Shown piece by piece: positions 42,796 through 50,674 of a DNA stretch of 58,398 nucleotides (within the stretch, counting starts at the first letter, position 1; each line of letters opens with the position of its first letter). The notes below the pieces were generated by a model that did no database searches, had not been told where the DNA came from, and saw nothing but the letters and a program-made list of their open reading frames with translations. The translations under genes and the position numbers were made by a program. Source of the DNA: Thermodesulfobacteriota bacterium (GTDB lineage Bacteria; Desulfobacterota; Desulfobaccia; Desulfobaccales; 0-14-0-80-60-11); contig JBFLZI010000002.1 of NCBI GenBank assembly GCA_040756315.1, forward strand, positions 1 through 58,398, read 5' to 3'.

Positions 42796-44055
42796 ATGGA
42801 TACGGGTGAACGTCTGGCATTAGCGTCTGTAGCAGTCAACCTTTTGGTGACCGGGCTCAAGTATTTCCTGGGGGTGTTTTCCGGGAGTCTGGCCCTCTTG
42901 GCCGACGCGGTGCACTCCAGCGCCGACGTGGTCTCGTCCGCCTCCATCTGGGCCGGGATCAGGCTCTCCCGGCGCAAGACCAAACGGTTTCCCTATGGCC
43001 TCTACAAGGTGGAAAACCTGGTGGCTTTAATCACCGCGGCGATTATTCTCCTGGCCGGCTATGAGATCGCCCGCAGCGTGTTGTGGGCCGGGGAGAGGGT
43101 CCGGGCGGAACGCCTGCCGTACGCCATTTTCGGAGTGATGGTGATTGTTTTGATTCTCCTGGCCTTTTCCCGCTACGAGCTGAGAAAGGCCAGAGCCCTC
43201 AGTTCCCCCAGCCTGGAGGCCGACGCCCAGCACCTGGGCGCCGACCTGTTTTCTTCTTGCGTCATCCTGGTGGGACTGGCAGGAACCTATTTTCAGGTGA
43301 AATTCCCCCTGGACCGGGTGGCGGCCCTGATCATCGTGGGATTGATCGCCTGGGTGGGGGTGAAAATCGCAGTGGACGCCATCCGGGTGCTCCTGGACGC
43401 CTCCCTGGACTTCCATACCTTGAACACTATCCGGGACATTATCCTTGAGACCCCCCAGGTCAGTAAGATCAACGCGCTGACGGGAAGGAATTCCGGCAAA
43501 TTCAAGTTCATCGAAGCCGACCTGGCCCTTAAGGTCAGGGAGCTCCCCAAGGCTCACTTTATTGCCAATCAAATCGAGGGCCGCATCAAAGCCAGAGTGT
43601 CCAATGTGGATCACGTTCTCATCCATTATGAACCCATTAAAAAAGAGACTCGGGTCATTGCCTTGCCCGTGGCGGCAGATCGGCAGCACCTGTCGGAGCA
43701 CTTCGGGGAAGCGCCTTATTTCCTTTTGCTCACCTTAAAGATTGAAGACGGCAGTCTTTTAGAAGAAACCTGGCAGTCCAACCCCTTTCTAGGGGTGGAA
43801 AAAGGTAAAGGCATCCAGGTGAGCGAATGGCTGGTGAGCCTGGGGATTGACGAAGTGGTCACCGCCAAAAGTTTCGCGCATAAGGGTCCCTTTTACGTCT
43901 TTTCCGACAATGAAGTGGAGGTGCGGCAAACCGAGGGGCAGAGCCTCAAGGAGATCAAGGAATCTCTCATCGGGTCTGCCGAGGCCGGTAGCGCTGGCCA
44001 GGACTTCAGCTTTGGTGGAAATAATCCCCCCATTTACTCAGAAGATAGCCATTGA
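42796..44055 (+). CDS. cation diffusion facilitator (CDF) efflux transporter fused to a C-terminal NifX-like domain
   Basis: CDF membrane and cytoplasmic domains (LLADAVHSSADVVSS, six TM segments). The last ~110 aa or so read RVIALPVAADRQHLSEHFGEAPYFLLL...GIDEVVTAKSF, which matches the Nitro_FeMo-Co pattern. Confidence 0.85.
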   Translation: MDTGERLALASVAVNLLVTGLKYFLGVFSGSLALLADAVHSSADVVSSASIWAGIRLSRRKTKRFPYGLYKVENLVALITAAIILLAGYEIARSVLWAGERVRAERLPYAIFGVMVIVLILLAFSRYELRKARALSSPSLEADAQHLGADLFSSCVILVGLAGTYFQVKFPLDRVAALIIVGLIAWVGVKIAVDAIRVLLDASLDFHTLNTIRDIILETPQVSKINALTGRNSGKFKFIEADLALKVRELPKAHFIANQIEGRIKARVSNVDHVLIHYEPIKKETRVIALPVAADRQHLSEHFGEAPYFLLLTLKIEDGSLLEETWQSNPFLGVEKGKGIQVSEWLVSLGIDEVVTAKSFAHKGPFYVFSDNEVEVRQTEGQSLKEIKESLIGSAEAGSAGQDFSFGGNNPPIYSEDSH

Positions 44056-44833
44056 CTGCCTCCTCCACCGTCCCTGTGTGGAGTTGGCTTATGGCGATTA
44101 CGGGGCCGGCGAGGCCCTCATCCTGATTCATGGGCTGGGCGGCAGGGGTTGGAGCTGGCGCCAGCAAATTGCCGAGCTGTCTCAGGATTACCGGGTCCTG
44201 GCCCTGGACCTGCGAGGCCACGGGAACTCCGGCTGCCGGGCCGGGGAGACCATCAGCCTCAGGTCCCTGGCTGAGGACGTCATGGCCTTGATGAAGAACC
44301 TCGGAGTGGTTCGGGGCCATATCTGCGGCCATTCCCTGGGGGGCATGATCGCCCTGGAGATCCTGGCCCGCTCCGGCACCTTGATAAAGTCCCTGGTCTT
44401 GACGGACACCACGGCTTTTTTCCCCCCGCCTTCAATGTTGGCAGAATTTTTGCACCACTTTGACCTGATGGAAATGGCAAATTGGGCCAGGTTTATGGCG
44501 CCCCGGCTCCTGGGGCGGGAAGCGCCGGCGGCTTTGACCGAGGAGGTGGTGGAGACCATCAGCGCCACCTCCCGGGTCGCGTACCGCCAGGCCCTCATCG
44601 CCGCTTTCCAAGCGGACTATCGCTGGTTACTCCCTTTGCTTGACCTTCCCACCTTGATTCTGGTGGGAGAAGAAGATCAGGCGACCCCCTGGGGTCATGC
44701 CCGTTACCTCCAGAGCCGGATCAGAGAGGCATCTCTTCAGGTGGTGCCTAAGGCCGGGCACCTGTCCCCTCAAGAAAATCCCCAGGAATTCAACCGGCAG
44801 CTTCGGGCGCACCTGAAAGGATATGAGAGGTAA
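44015..44833 (+). CDS. alpha/beta-fold hydrolase
   Basis: LILIHGLGG and the nucleophile elbow GHSLGG. The start is uncertain: GTG 44015, GTG 44078 or TTG 44084. The long track ORF starting at 43847 overlaps the CDF gene. Confidence 0.75.
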   Translation: MEIIPPFTQKIAIDCLLHRPCVELAYGDYGAGEALILIHGLGGRGWSWRQQIAELSQDYRVLALDLRGHGNSGCRAGETISLRSLAEDVMALMKNLGVVRGHICGHSLGGMIALEILARSGTLIKSLVLTDTTAFFPPPSMLAEFLHHFDLMEMANWARFMAPRLLGREAPAALTEEVVETISATSRVAYRQALIAAFQADYRWLLPLLDLPTLILVGEEDQATPWGHARYLQSRIREASLQVVPKAGHLSPQENPQEFNRQLRAHLKGYER

Positions 44834-44896
44834 TGGTCTTGCCGGGGAGCAAATATCAACCCTAGAAAAGCCAATTACTGGAAAGGAGATCCGTGT

Positions 44897-45130
44897 ATGC
44901 CAGGTTTTGCTCGGAGTCAAGGTCCAGGCGGCGGAGCGGGCGGCGGTCCAGGCCGCGGGCCCGGTCGCGGCGGGGGCCGGGGCGGTGGCCGGGGCGGCGG
45001 TTTCCGGCCGGGCCCTGGAGGTTTCTGCCTCTGCCCGGCCTGTGGCCACAAGGTGTCTCACCAGCAGGGAGTCCCCTGCTTTGAGGTAAAATGCCCCCAA
45101 TGCGGGGCGATGATGATCCGGGAAAGATGA
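44897..45130 (+). CDS. Gly/Arg-rich protein with C-terminal double CPxCG zinc ribbon
   Basis: 77 aa. MPGFARSQGPGGGAGGGPGRGPGRGGGRGGGRGGG... followed by CLCPACGHKVSHQQGVPCFEVKCPQCGAMMIRE. RBS AAAGGAGA. The ribbon matches the tail of the ORF at 27274. Confidence 0.7.
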   Translation: MPGFARSQGPGGGAGGGPGRGPGRGGGRGGGRGGGFRPGPGGFCLCPACGHKVSHQQGVPCFEVKCPQCGAMMIRER

Positions 45131-45199
45131 GGCGGCTCCGGGCCTTTTACCGCCCGGGAGCGCGGCGACATTCTTTCCTGGTAAAGGAGGTATTGGATT

Positions 45200-45523
45200 A
45201 TGCCAGGTTATGATGGTACAGGACCCCGGGGCCAAGGCCCTGGCACCGGCTGGGGTCTGGGTCCCTGTGGCGCGGGTCGGCGGAGAGGCGCCGGCTTCGG
45301 TCCGGGGTTTGGCCGGGGCGCTGGGGGTTTCGGCCGGGGCGCCTGGGGCCGCCCCCGTTGGGGTTGGGGCGCGCGGCGGGCCTACGGCCCTTTCGCCCCC
45401 GGCGGCGGTCCGGTCTATGGAGCTCCACCGGACGAAGCCCAGGCTTTGAAAGAGGAAGCGGCCTACTTACAAAGTGAGCTGGAGGCCGTCCAGAGGCGGA
45501 TCGCCGCACTGGAGAGCTCTTAA
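45200..45523 (+). CDS. DUF5320-like protein: Gly/Arg-rich N-terminal region plus C-terminal coiled coil
   Basis: MPGYDGTGPRGQGPGTG... followed by EAQALKEEAAYLQSELEAVQRRIAALESS. RBS AAAGGAGG. Confidence 0.75.
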   Translation: MPGYDGTGPRGQGPGTGWGLGPCGAGRRRGAGFGPGFGRGAGGFGRGAWGRPRWGWGARRAYGPFAPGGGPVYGAPPDEAQALKEEAAYLQSELEAVQRRIAALESS

Positions 45524-45534
45524 CTTTCGGCCAT

Positions 45535-45581
45535 GTCCCCTGCTCCGGATAAAATCAGGGCAGGGGACGTGAGACTTTTTT
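45535..45581 (+). terminator. rho-independent terminator candidate
   Basis: GTCCCCTGC-16 nt-GCAGGGGAC is a perfect 9-bp stem, followed by GTGAGACTTTTTT. Confidence 0.55.
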
Positions 45582-45631
45582 GGCAGCAGGGCTTTGCGCC
45601 GGTGAACCGGCTTTTTAAGAGGTATGTGGCC

Positions 45632-46072
45632 ATGTCAGAAGTTGAGTGTCAACTCCCGGAGTTCAACCCGGAAGACACGGAAATCAAGGAAATTTTGGCA
45701 AAGAGCCGGATCATTGCGGTAGTGGGGCTTTCCGCCGACCCTGACAAGGACAGCCATCAGGTGGCCAAATACCTGCAGGAACAGGGCTATCGCATTGTGC
45801 CGGTCAACCCCAGGCCGGGCGAGATTTTGGGTCAGAAATGTTACGCCAGCCTCAAAGAAATCCCTTTTCCAGTGGATATCGTGGATATTTTTCGAAAAAT
45901 CGCCGCCATTCCGGCAGTGGTGGACGACGCCATTGCCATCGGCGCCAAAGTAGTCTGGATGCAGTTGGGTCTGGCCGAAAACCAGGCAGCTCGTAAGGCG
46001 ATGGCTGCCGGTCTTCAGGTGGTCATGAATAAATGCCTGAAAATCGAACACAGGCGCTATTTCTCCCGATAA
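45632..46072 (+). CDS. CoA-binding domain protein (YccU/YneT-like)
   Basis: RIIAVVGLSADPDKDSHQVAKYLQEQGYRIVPVNP. Start set at ATG 45632 with AAGAGG. The track extension from 45533 contains the terminator. Confidence 0.8.
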   Translation: MSEVECQLPEFNPEDTEIKEILAKSRIIAVVGLSADPDKDSHQVAKYLQEQGYRIVPVNPRPGEILGQKCYASLKEIPFPVDIVDIFRKIAAIPAVVDDAIAIGAKVVWMQLGLAENQAARKAMAAGLQVVMNKCLKIEHRRYFSR

Positions 46073-46168
46073 TCCCGGCAGGCGGCCCAGGCGGCTTGAG
46101 AGTTGAGCCAGGCCCGGCGCCGGCCGCCGGCCGGTGACCATGTCCCGGCGGTTATTGCCGAAAGCGCC

Positions 46169-46197
46169 TTGACTGGGAAAGCTTTCTGGACTAATTT
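46169..46197 (+). promoter_or_regulatory. sigma-70-type promoter candidate
   Basis: TTGACT, 17-nt spacer, TAATTT. Lies 28 nt upstream of the rhodanese GTG. Confidence 0.5.
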
Positions 46198-46225
46198 CTA
46201 TTGGTATTAAACAGAAAGGAGGAAC

Positions 46226-46948
46226 GTGCCAGTGACCAGAAAGATCTTTTTATGCGCATTGGTAGTGGCGCTCTTGGGCGCCTTTGCGGTGATGGGTGCA
46301 GCCCAACAGGCGGCGAAACCGGCCGCGCCGGCGGCGGCGCCGGAAAAAGCCGCGGCCCCGGAAAAACCGGCGGCGCCGGCGGCCCCAGCCGCAGCCAAAG
46401 AGGCGGCCGCACCCGCACCTAAGGCTGCCCCCGCCCCCGAGGACAAGAAGAAGCATGTCGCCTCGGGGCTGTACGTCTCGGCTAAAGACGCTTACGCCAT
46501 GTGGCAGGCGGACAAAGCCAACGTCAAGGTTTTGGATTGCCGCACCCCCGAGGAATATGCCTTTATCGGGCATGCCCCCATGGCCGTAAACATTCCTATC
46601 AAATTCGTGGTTTACAAGTGGGATCCGGAAAAGAAAGCCTACCAGATGAAACCGAATCCCAAATTCCTGAGAGAAGCCAAAAAGCGCTTCAAGAAAACCG
46701 ACACCATCCTGGTGATGTGCCGTTCAGGGCACCGGAGCGCCGCCTCAGCCAACGCCCTCATCAAAGCCGGCTACCCTAAGGTGTATAACATCATTGACGG
46801 CTATGAGGGGGACAAGGTGAAAGACAAGAACAGCCCTGATTTCGGCAAGCGCACCATCAACGGCTGGAAGAATTCCGGGGTTCCCTGGACCTATGATCTT
46901 GACGTGGAACAGATTTACCTCATCGCCAAACCCAAGAAGACCAAATGA
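46226..46948 (+). CDS. exported rhodanese-domain sulfurtransferase with Ala/Pro-rich linker
   Basis: Signal peptide, then an (A/P/K/E)-rich spacer of about 55 aa, then a rhodanese domain with active-site loop CRSGHRS. RBS AAAGGAGGA. Confidence 0.85.
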   Translation: MPVTRKIFLCALVVALLGAFAVMGAAQQAAKPAAPAAAPEKAAAPEKPAAPAAPAAAKEAAAPAPKAAPAPEDKKKHVASGLYVSAKDAYAMWQADKANVKVLDCRTPEEYAFIGHAPMAVNIPIKFVVYKWDPEKKAYQMKPNPKFLREAKKRFKKTDTILVMCRSGHRSAASANALIKAGYPKVYNIIDGYEGDKVKDKNSPDFGKRTINGWKNSGVPWTYDLDVEQIYLIAKPKKTK

Positions 46949-46975
46949 TCCGTGCGGTGATAGAGTCAAGAAGTC

Positions 46976-47015
46976 GGGGCCGGCCTTCCCTGAAGAAGCT
47001 GGCCCCAGTGTTTTT
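46976..47015 (+). terminator. rho-independent terminator candidate
   Basis: GGGGCCGGC-13 nt-GCTGGCCCC (9 bp, one G-U pair), then AGTGTTTTT. Confidence 0.55.
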
Positions 47016-47050
47016 AATAGCCGGTTAACTGGGGGAAATAATTAAGTTAT

Positions 47051-47172
47051 ACCAATTCGCACTCAAATAGGTATTAAAATGTAGGGGCGAACCTTGGGTT
47101 CGCCCACTGATTTAGGGCGAATCCAAGATTCGCCCCTACGAAAAAAATTGTCGTTTGATGGCGAATTGGTAT
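47051..47172. repeat. MITE-like element: terminal inverted repeats ACCAATTCGC/GCGAATTGGT around a double-hairpin GTAGGGGCG...CGCCCCTAC core
   Basis: The core at 47081-47139 contains GGGCGAAC-CTTG-GGTTCGCCC and GGGCGAATC-CAA-GATTCGCCC. Related cores lie at 47214-47270 and 51054-51117. The GGCGAATTGGTATTAG end recurs at 51675-51690. Confidence 0.55.
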
Positions 47173-47213
47173 TAGACAGGCCCGGCGGGCGCCGGGCTGC
47201 CTTAAGCAGTTTG

Positions 47214-47270
47214 GTCGGGGCGCACCCGCGTGTGCTCCTTTGAAATCGGGCGGACACCTAAGTCCGCCCC
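47214..47270. repeat. degenerate copy of the GTAGGGGCG double-hairpin repeat
   Basis: GTCGGGGCGCAC..GTGTGCTCC..GGGCGGAC-ACCTAA-GTCCGCCCCTGG. Confidence 0.45.
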
Positions 47271-47382
47271 TGGAGGAGACTCTATTAGTGTTTGACGGAA
47301 ACATCCGGGACATAACCGTAAGGGAAAATGTAACTTCACTGACAGGGCAGATCTAGAAAAGGGGGTGACAAAGGTGAGCAAC

Positions 47383-47730
47383 ATGCTCTTTATCATTTCC
47401 AACGGCTTTGAAAAGGCGGGCCGGGCCACCCGGGCCTTCCAATTCGCCAAGGTAGCCAGGGAAAAGGGACATGACGTTAAGGTCTTTCTGGTGGACGACG
47501 CCATCCATTGGGCCCAACTGGGCATGGCCGAAGGGGTCCGGGCCGCCACCGGCGAGGAGATGAAGCCTTTTATCGACTACCTGCTGGCCAACGGCACGGA
47601 GATTGTCGCCTGCAAGGCCTGAGTGGACCACAGGTACTTAACCCCCGATGAAATGATTCCGGGGGTCACTATTCAAGGGGCGCCATATCTCATCGATTTG
47701 ATAGAACGCTATCAGACGATGACCTTTTAA
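47383..47730 (+). CDS. DsrE/YchN-family protein with selenocysteine (TGA 47620-47622) in a CxxU motif
   Basis: The track ORF stops at ...EIVACKA. Reading through the TGA adds VDHRYLTPDEMIPGVTIQGAPYLIDLIERYQTMTF, restoring the C-terminal third typical of DsrE/YchN. The family motif CxxC becomes CKAU. Start is ATG 47383 or GTG 47365/47374. Confidence 0.75.
47641..47666 (+). promoter_or_regulatory. candidate SECIS hairpin (DsrE-like gene)
   Basis: ACCCCCG-12 nt-CGGGGGT. Perfect 7-bp stem starting 19 nt after the TGA. Confidence 0.5.
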
Positions 47731-47960
47731 AGGGCCTGGTTCTAAAAAGCGCTTCCCTCTGTCGCCCGGTGGGGTGGAGGAAGGAGATTCCTTTTTTAGC
47801 CAAAAGGCCCGGTATTACTGCGCCTGGAACTTTCAGGGGATTCAGGTCAGGCAACCTCGGAGATCCCGCCCGGGTTGCGGCTGACGGAAAAGGGAGAGGT
47901 TTGTTTTTTCCCTCCCCCTGGCAGGGTTTCCGGCAAGACCTTTAAGACGGTTAAGGTAAG

Positions 47961-49037
47961 ATGACCCCTATGTCTTTATTGCCTGCTGATTTGCCCGATT
48001 GGCCGCATTTTATCATTCAAAGCGTGGCGGACGGCATAATCACGGTGGACGGCGAGATGCGGGTTACCGACCTTAATCAGGCGGCGGAAAGACTCACGGG
48101 GTACAGCCGGGAGAAGGCTTTAGGGCGTTTTTGCGGAAAAGTCCTCCAGAGCAGTATGTGCGGACGGGAATGTCCCCTGAAGATGGCCATGAGCACCGGC
48201 GAGATCATCTCTCGGGAAGCCGTCCTGACCAATCGCCGGGGGGAAAAAATTGAGGTCATGCTGTCCGCCTCAGCTTTACGGGATGATCAGGGCAACCTCC
48301 TGGGCGGGGTGGAAACCTTTCGGGACATCGCGCCCCTCAAACACCTGGAAAATGAGCGCCGCCAACTGGTGGGCATGTTCGCCCATGATCTGAAGGCCCC
48401 GGTGGTAGGCGTGGCCGGCCTCCTCAACCGTCTTCTCCAGGGCAAGGCGGGGAAACTCAATAAAGACCAGAAGTCCTACCTGGAGACCGTCTATCGGGAA
48501 ATGCAGCGCCTGGAGAGCCTCATCACCAATTTTCTGGACTATTCCCGCTTGGACCTGCACATCATTACCCCGGTGATTAGCGCCATGCAAGTGGAGAAGG
48601 AGTGCCAGGAGGTTATCAATCGATTGCGGCCCCAAGCAGAGGAAAAGGGCATTGCGCTTCAGGTGGAATACCCGCAAGACATCCTCGTCCTCCAGGCTGA
48701 TCCCGTGTTATTCCAGAGGACTCTCTGCAACCTTATGGGCAACGCCATCAAGTATTCCCCGCCCCAAGGTCGGGTGACCCTGACGGTGAGCGATTTGGGG
48801 GAGGAAATCCTGTTTGCCGTTAAAGACCAGGGGCCGGGCATTGACCCTGGCGACTTGCCCCATCTATTTGAACTGCTTTATCGGGGGAAAAGCGTAGGGC
48901 AAGAGAGCGGCTTGGGTCTGGGTTTGGCCATAGTCAAGCGCATCATCGACGCCCACGGCGGCCGGGTATGGGTGGAAAGCGAGACCGGCCAGGGGGCCAC
49001 CTTCTTTTTCACGCTTCCCCGGAGCAACCGGGCGTAA
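47961..49037 (+). CDS. cytoplasmic sensor histidine kinase with Cys-rich PAS domain
   Basis: PAS domain with C-x8-C-x3-C, HisKA H-box FAHDLKAP, and HATPase motifs (GNAIKYS, DQGPGI, GLGLGLAIV). No TM segment. Confidence 0.9.
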   Translation: MTPMSLLPADLPDWPHFIIQSVADGIITVDGEMRVTDLNQAAERLTGYSREKALGRFCGKVLQSSMCGRECPLKMAMSTGEIISREAVLTNRRGEKIEVMLSASALRDDQGNLLGGVETFRDIAPLKHLENERRQLVGMFAHDLKAPVVGVAGLLNRLLQGKAGKLNKDQKSYLETVYREMQRLESLITNFLDYSRLDLHIITPVISAMQVEKECQEVINRLRPQAEEKGIALQVEYPQDILVLQADPVLFQRTLCNLMGNAIKYSPPQGRVTLTVSDLGEEILFAVKDQGPGIDPGDLPHLFELLYRGKSVGQESGLGLGLAIVKRIIDAHGGRVWVESETGQGATFFFTLPRSNRA

Positions 49038-49279
49038 CCCCGCCCTGGTGGGAAACATGGTTCTAGTCTGCCGCGGCCAGGACAGGGAACTCGGTGTCTT
49101 CTCATAACTCCGGGTCTGACCCCGGCGGGATCAGACCTCTGCAAAGTGAAAGAAAGGCTGGTTTCGGTGGGCCATGGCGTCGGGACCGCGGCAGGCACCG
49201 GACCTGACCACGGGCCGCCTGAGGCGCAGCGTTTGCCGGCAAGCGGCCCCCTGCCGGAGACACACAAAGGAGAACTGGT

Positions 49280-50635
49280 ATGGAAAAAGGACATAAACTG
49301 GTGATCATCGGCATGGGAGGAGTGGGCGGCCCGGCGGCTATGCTCGCTCGCAAGTTACTGCCGGGCGTGGACATTACCGTTATCCGGGAAGAAGACCGCT
49401 TCATCGTCCGCTGAGCCCTCCCCCACGTGGTGGCCGGTGTGGCTACCGTTGACTCCATCACCAATCCGGACCGGATGTTTGAGGAAGCCGGCATCAAGGT
49501 GGTGCTGGGAAAAGTCGTGAAGGCTGACGCGGTCAATAAAACCCTGATGTTGGCGGATGGCGGCACCATCCATTTTGACAAGCTCATCTTGGGCCTGGGG
49601 GCCCGACAGATGATCTCACCTTTGGAGGGGAGTACCCTCAAGGGCGTTTTTACCTTGAGGAGCGCCGCTGACGCCGTGCGCATCCGGGAATATCTCGAGG
49701 CTGAAAATCCTCGTCAACTGATCTTTATCGGCGCGGGTTACACCAATCTGGAAACCGCCTCCTTGCTGATGACCGCCAAACCGGATTACTACCGGGCCAC
49801 CGTCGTTGAACTTATGGAGTATCCTTTGCCCTTGATGCTGGACCGGGACCTGGCCCTGGGGGTTCAGGATTATTTAGCCGAAAAAGGCCTCCAGATGAAA
49901 ATGGGAGAAAAAGCCGCCCGGCTCCTGGGAAACAACGGCCGGGTAGCCGGGGTTGAACTTACCTCGGGGGAACAAATCCCCGGAGATTTTGTTTTGATCG
50001 CGGTGGGGGCCGCCCCTAACCTGGAACTGGCCCAGCAGTTAGATCTGGCCCTAGAAAAATTCGGCATTCAGGTAAATGAGTTTTTGGAGACCTCCCATCC
50101 CGATATTCTGGCCGGAGGCGATTGTGTGGAGAAGCTCCATTTTATCACGAAAAAACCGGTGCTCAGCATGCTGCGCGGCCCCGCCGTCATTCAGGGGCGG
50201 CTCCTGGCCAAACGCCTGGCCGGTTATGCGATTCCTTTCCCGGGAGTCTTGAACAATTCCGCGGTCAGGTTGTTCGACAAATATTTGGGTTCCGTGGGTC
50301 TGACCGAAGACGCGGCCCGCCGGGAAGGGTTCGACCCCATCACGGCTTCGGCGGTCTCCCGCAGTAAACACGGCATGATCCCCGGGGTCAAGCCCTGGAC
50401 CCTAAAACTGGTGTTCGACCGCCAAACCCAAAAGCTCCTGGGGGGGCAGATCATCAGTGACAGCGAGGCGCCGGTGAAGGAGATCGATACGATCAACGCC
50501 CTGATCCTGGGGGGCAAAACCATCCCCGACCTGACCCTCTTGATGTGCGCCGGCACGCCGGACTTGTCGTCCGAACCGAGTCTGGAGCCCATCACGATCT
50601 GCGCCGAGCAGGCGCTGCAAAAAATGCGCGGATAA
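49280..50635 (+). CDS. CoA-disulfide reductase/NADH oxidase-family flavoprotein with selenocysteine (TGA 49412-49414) at the redox-active Cys position
   Basis: ATG 49280 with AAAGGAGA. MEKGHKLVIIGMGGVGGPAAM...RFIVR-U-ALPHVVAG aligns with the SFANCALPY region of CoADR/Nox. Same frame as the track ORF at 49427-50635. The joined protein is 451 aa. Confidence 0.82.
49427..49449 (+). promoter_or_regulatory. candidate SECIS hairpin (CoADR/Nox-like gene)
   Basis: GGTGGCC-GGTGT-GGCTACC (7 bp including one G-U pair, extendable by two wobble pairs). Starts 13-15 nt after the TGA. Confidence 0.5.
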
Positions 50636-50674
50636 ACGGCATCTTTGCCAATCATTAGAAAAGGAGATTTTCCC

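Noticed and set aside
43847-44014. Long N-terminal extension of the alpha/beta hydrolase ORF
   Set aside because: It overlaps about 200 nt of the CDF-NifX gene in another frame and has an Arg/Pro-rich composition. The hydrolase fold begins near 44080.
45533-45631. Upstream extension of the CoA-binding protein ORF
   Set aside because: The extension contains the terminator hairpin of the preceding operon. The internal ATG 45632 has an RBS and matches the usual N-terminus of the family.
49096-49135. Hairpin GGTCTGA...TCAGACC after the histidine kinase gene, considered as a terminator
   Set aside because: The stem is plausible but no U-tract follows it. It is left unannotated as a feature.
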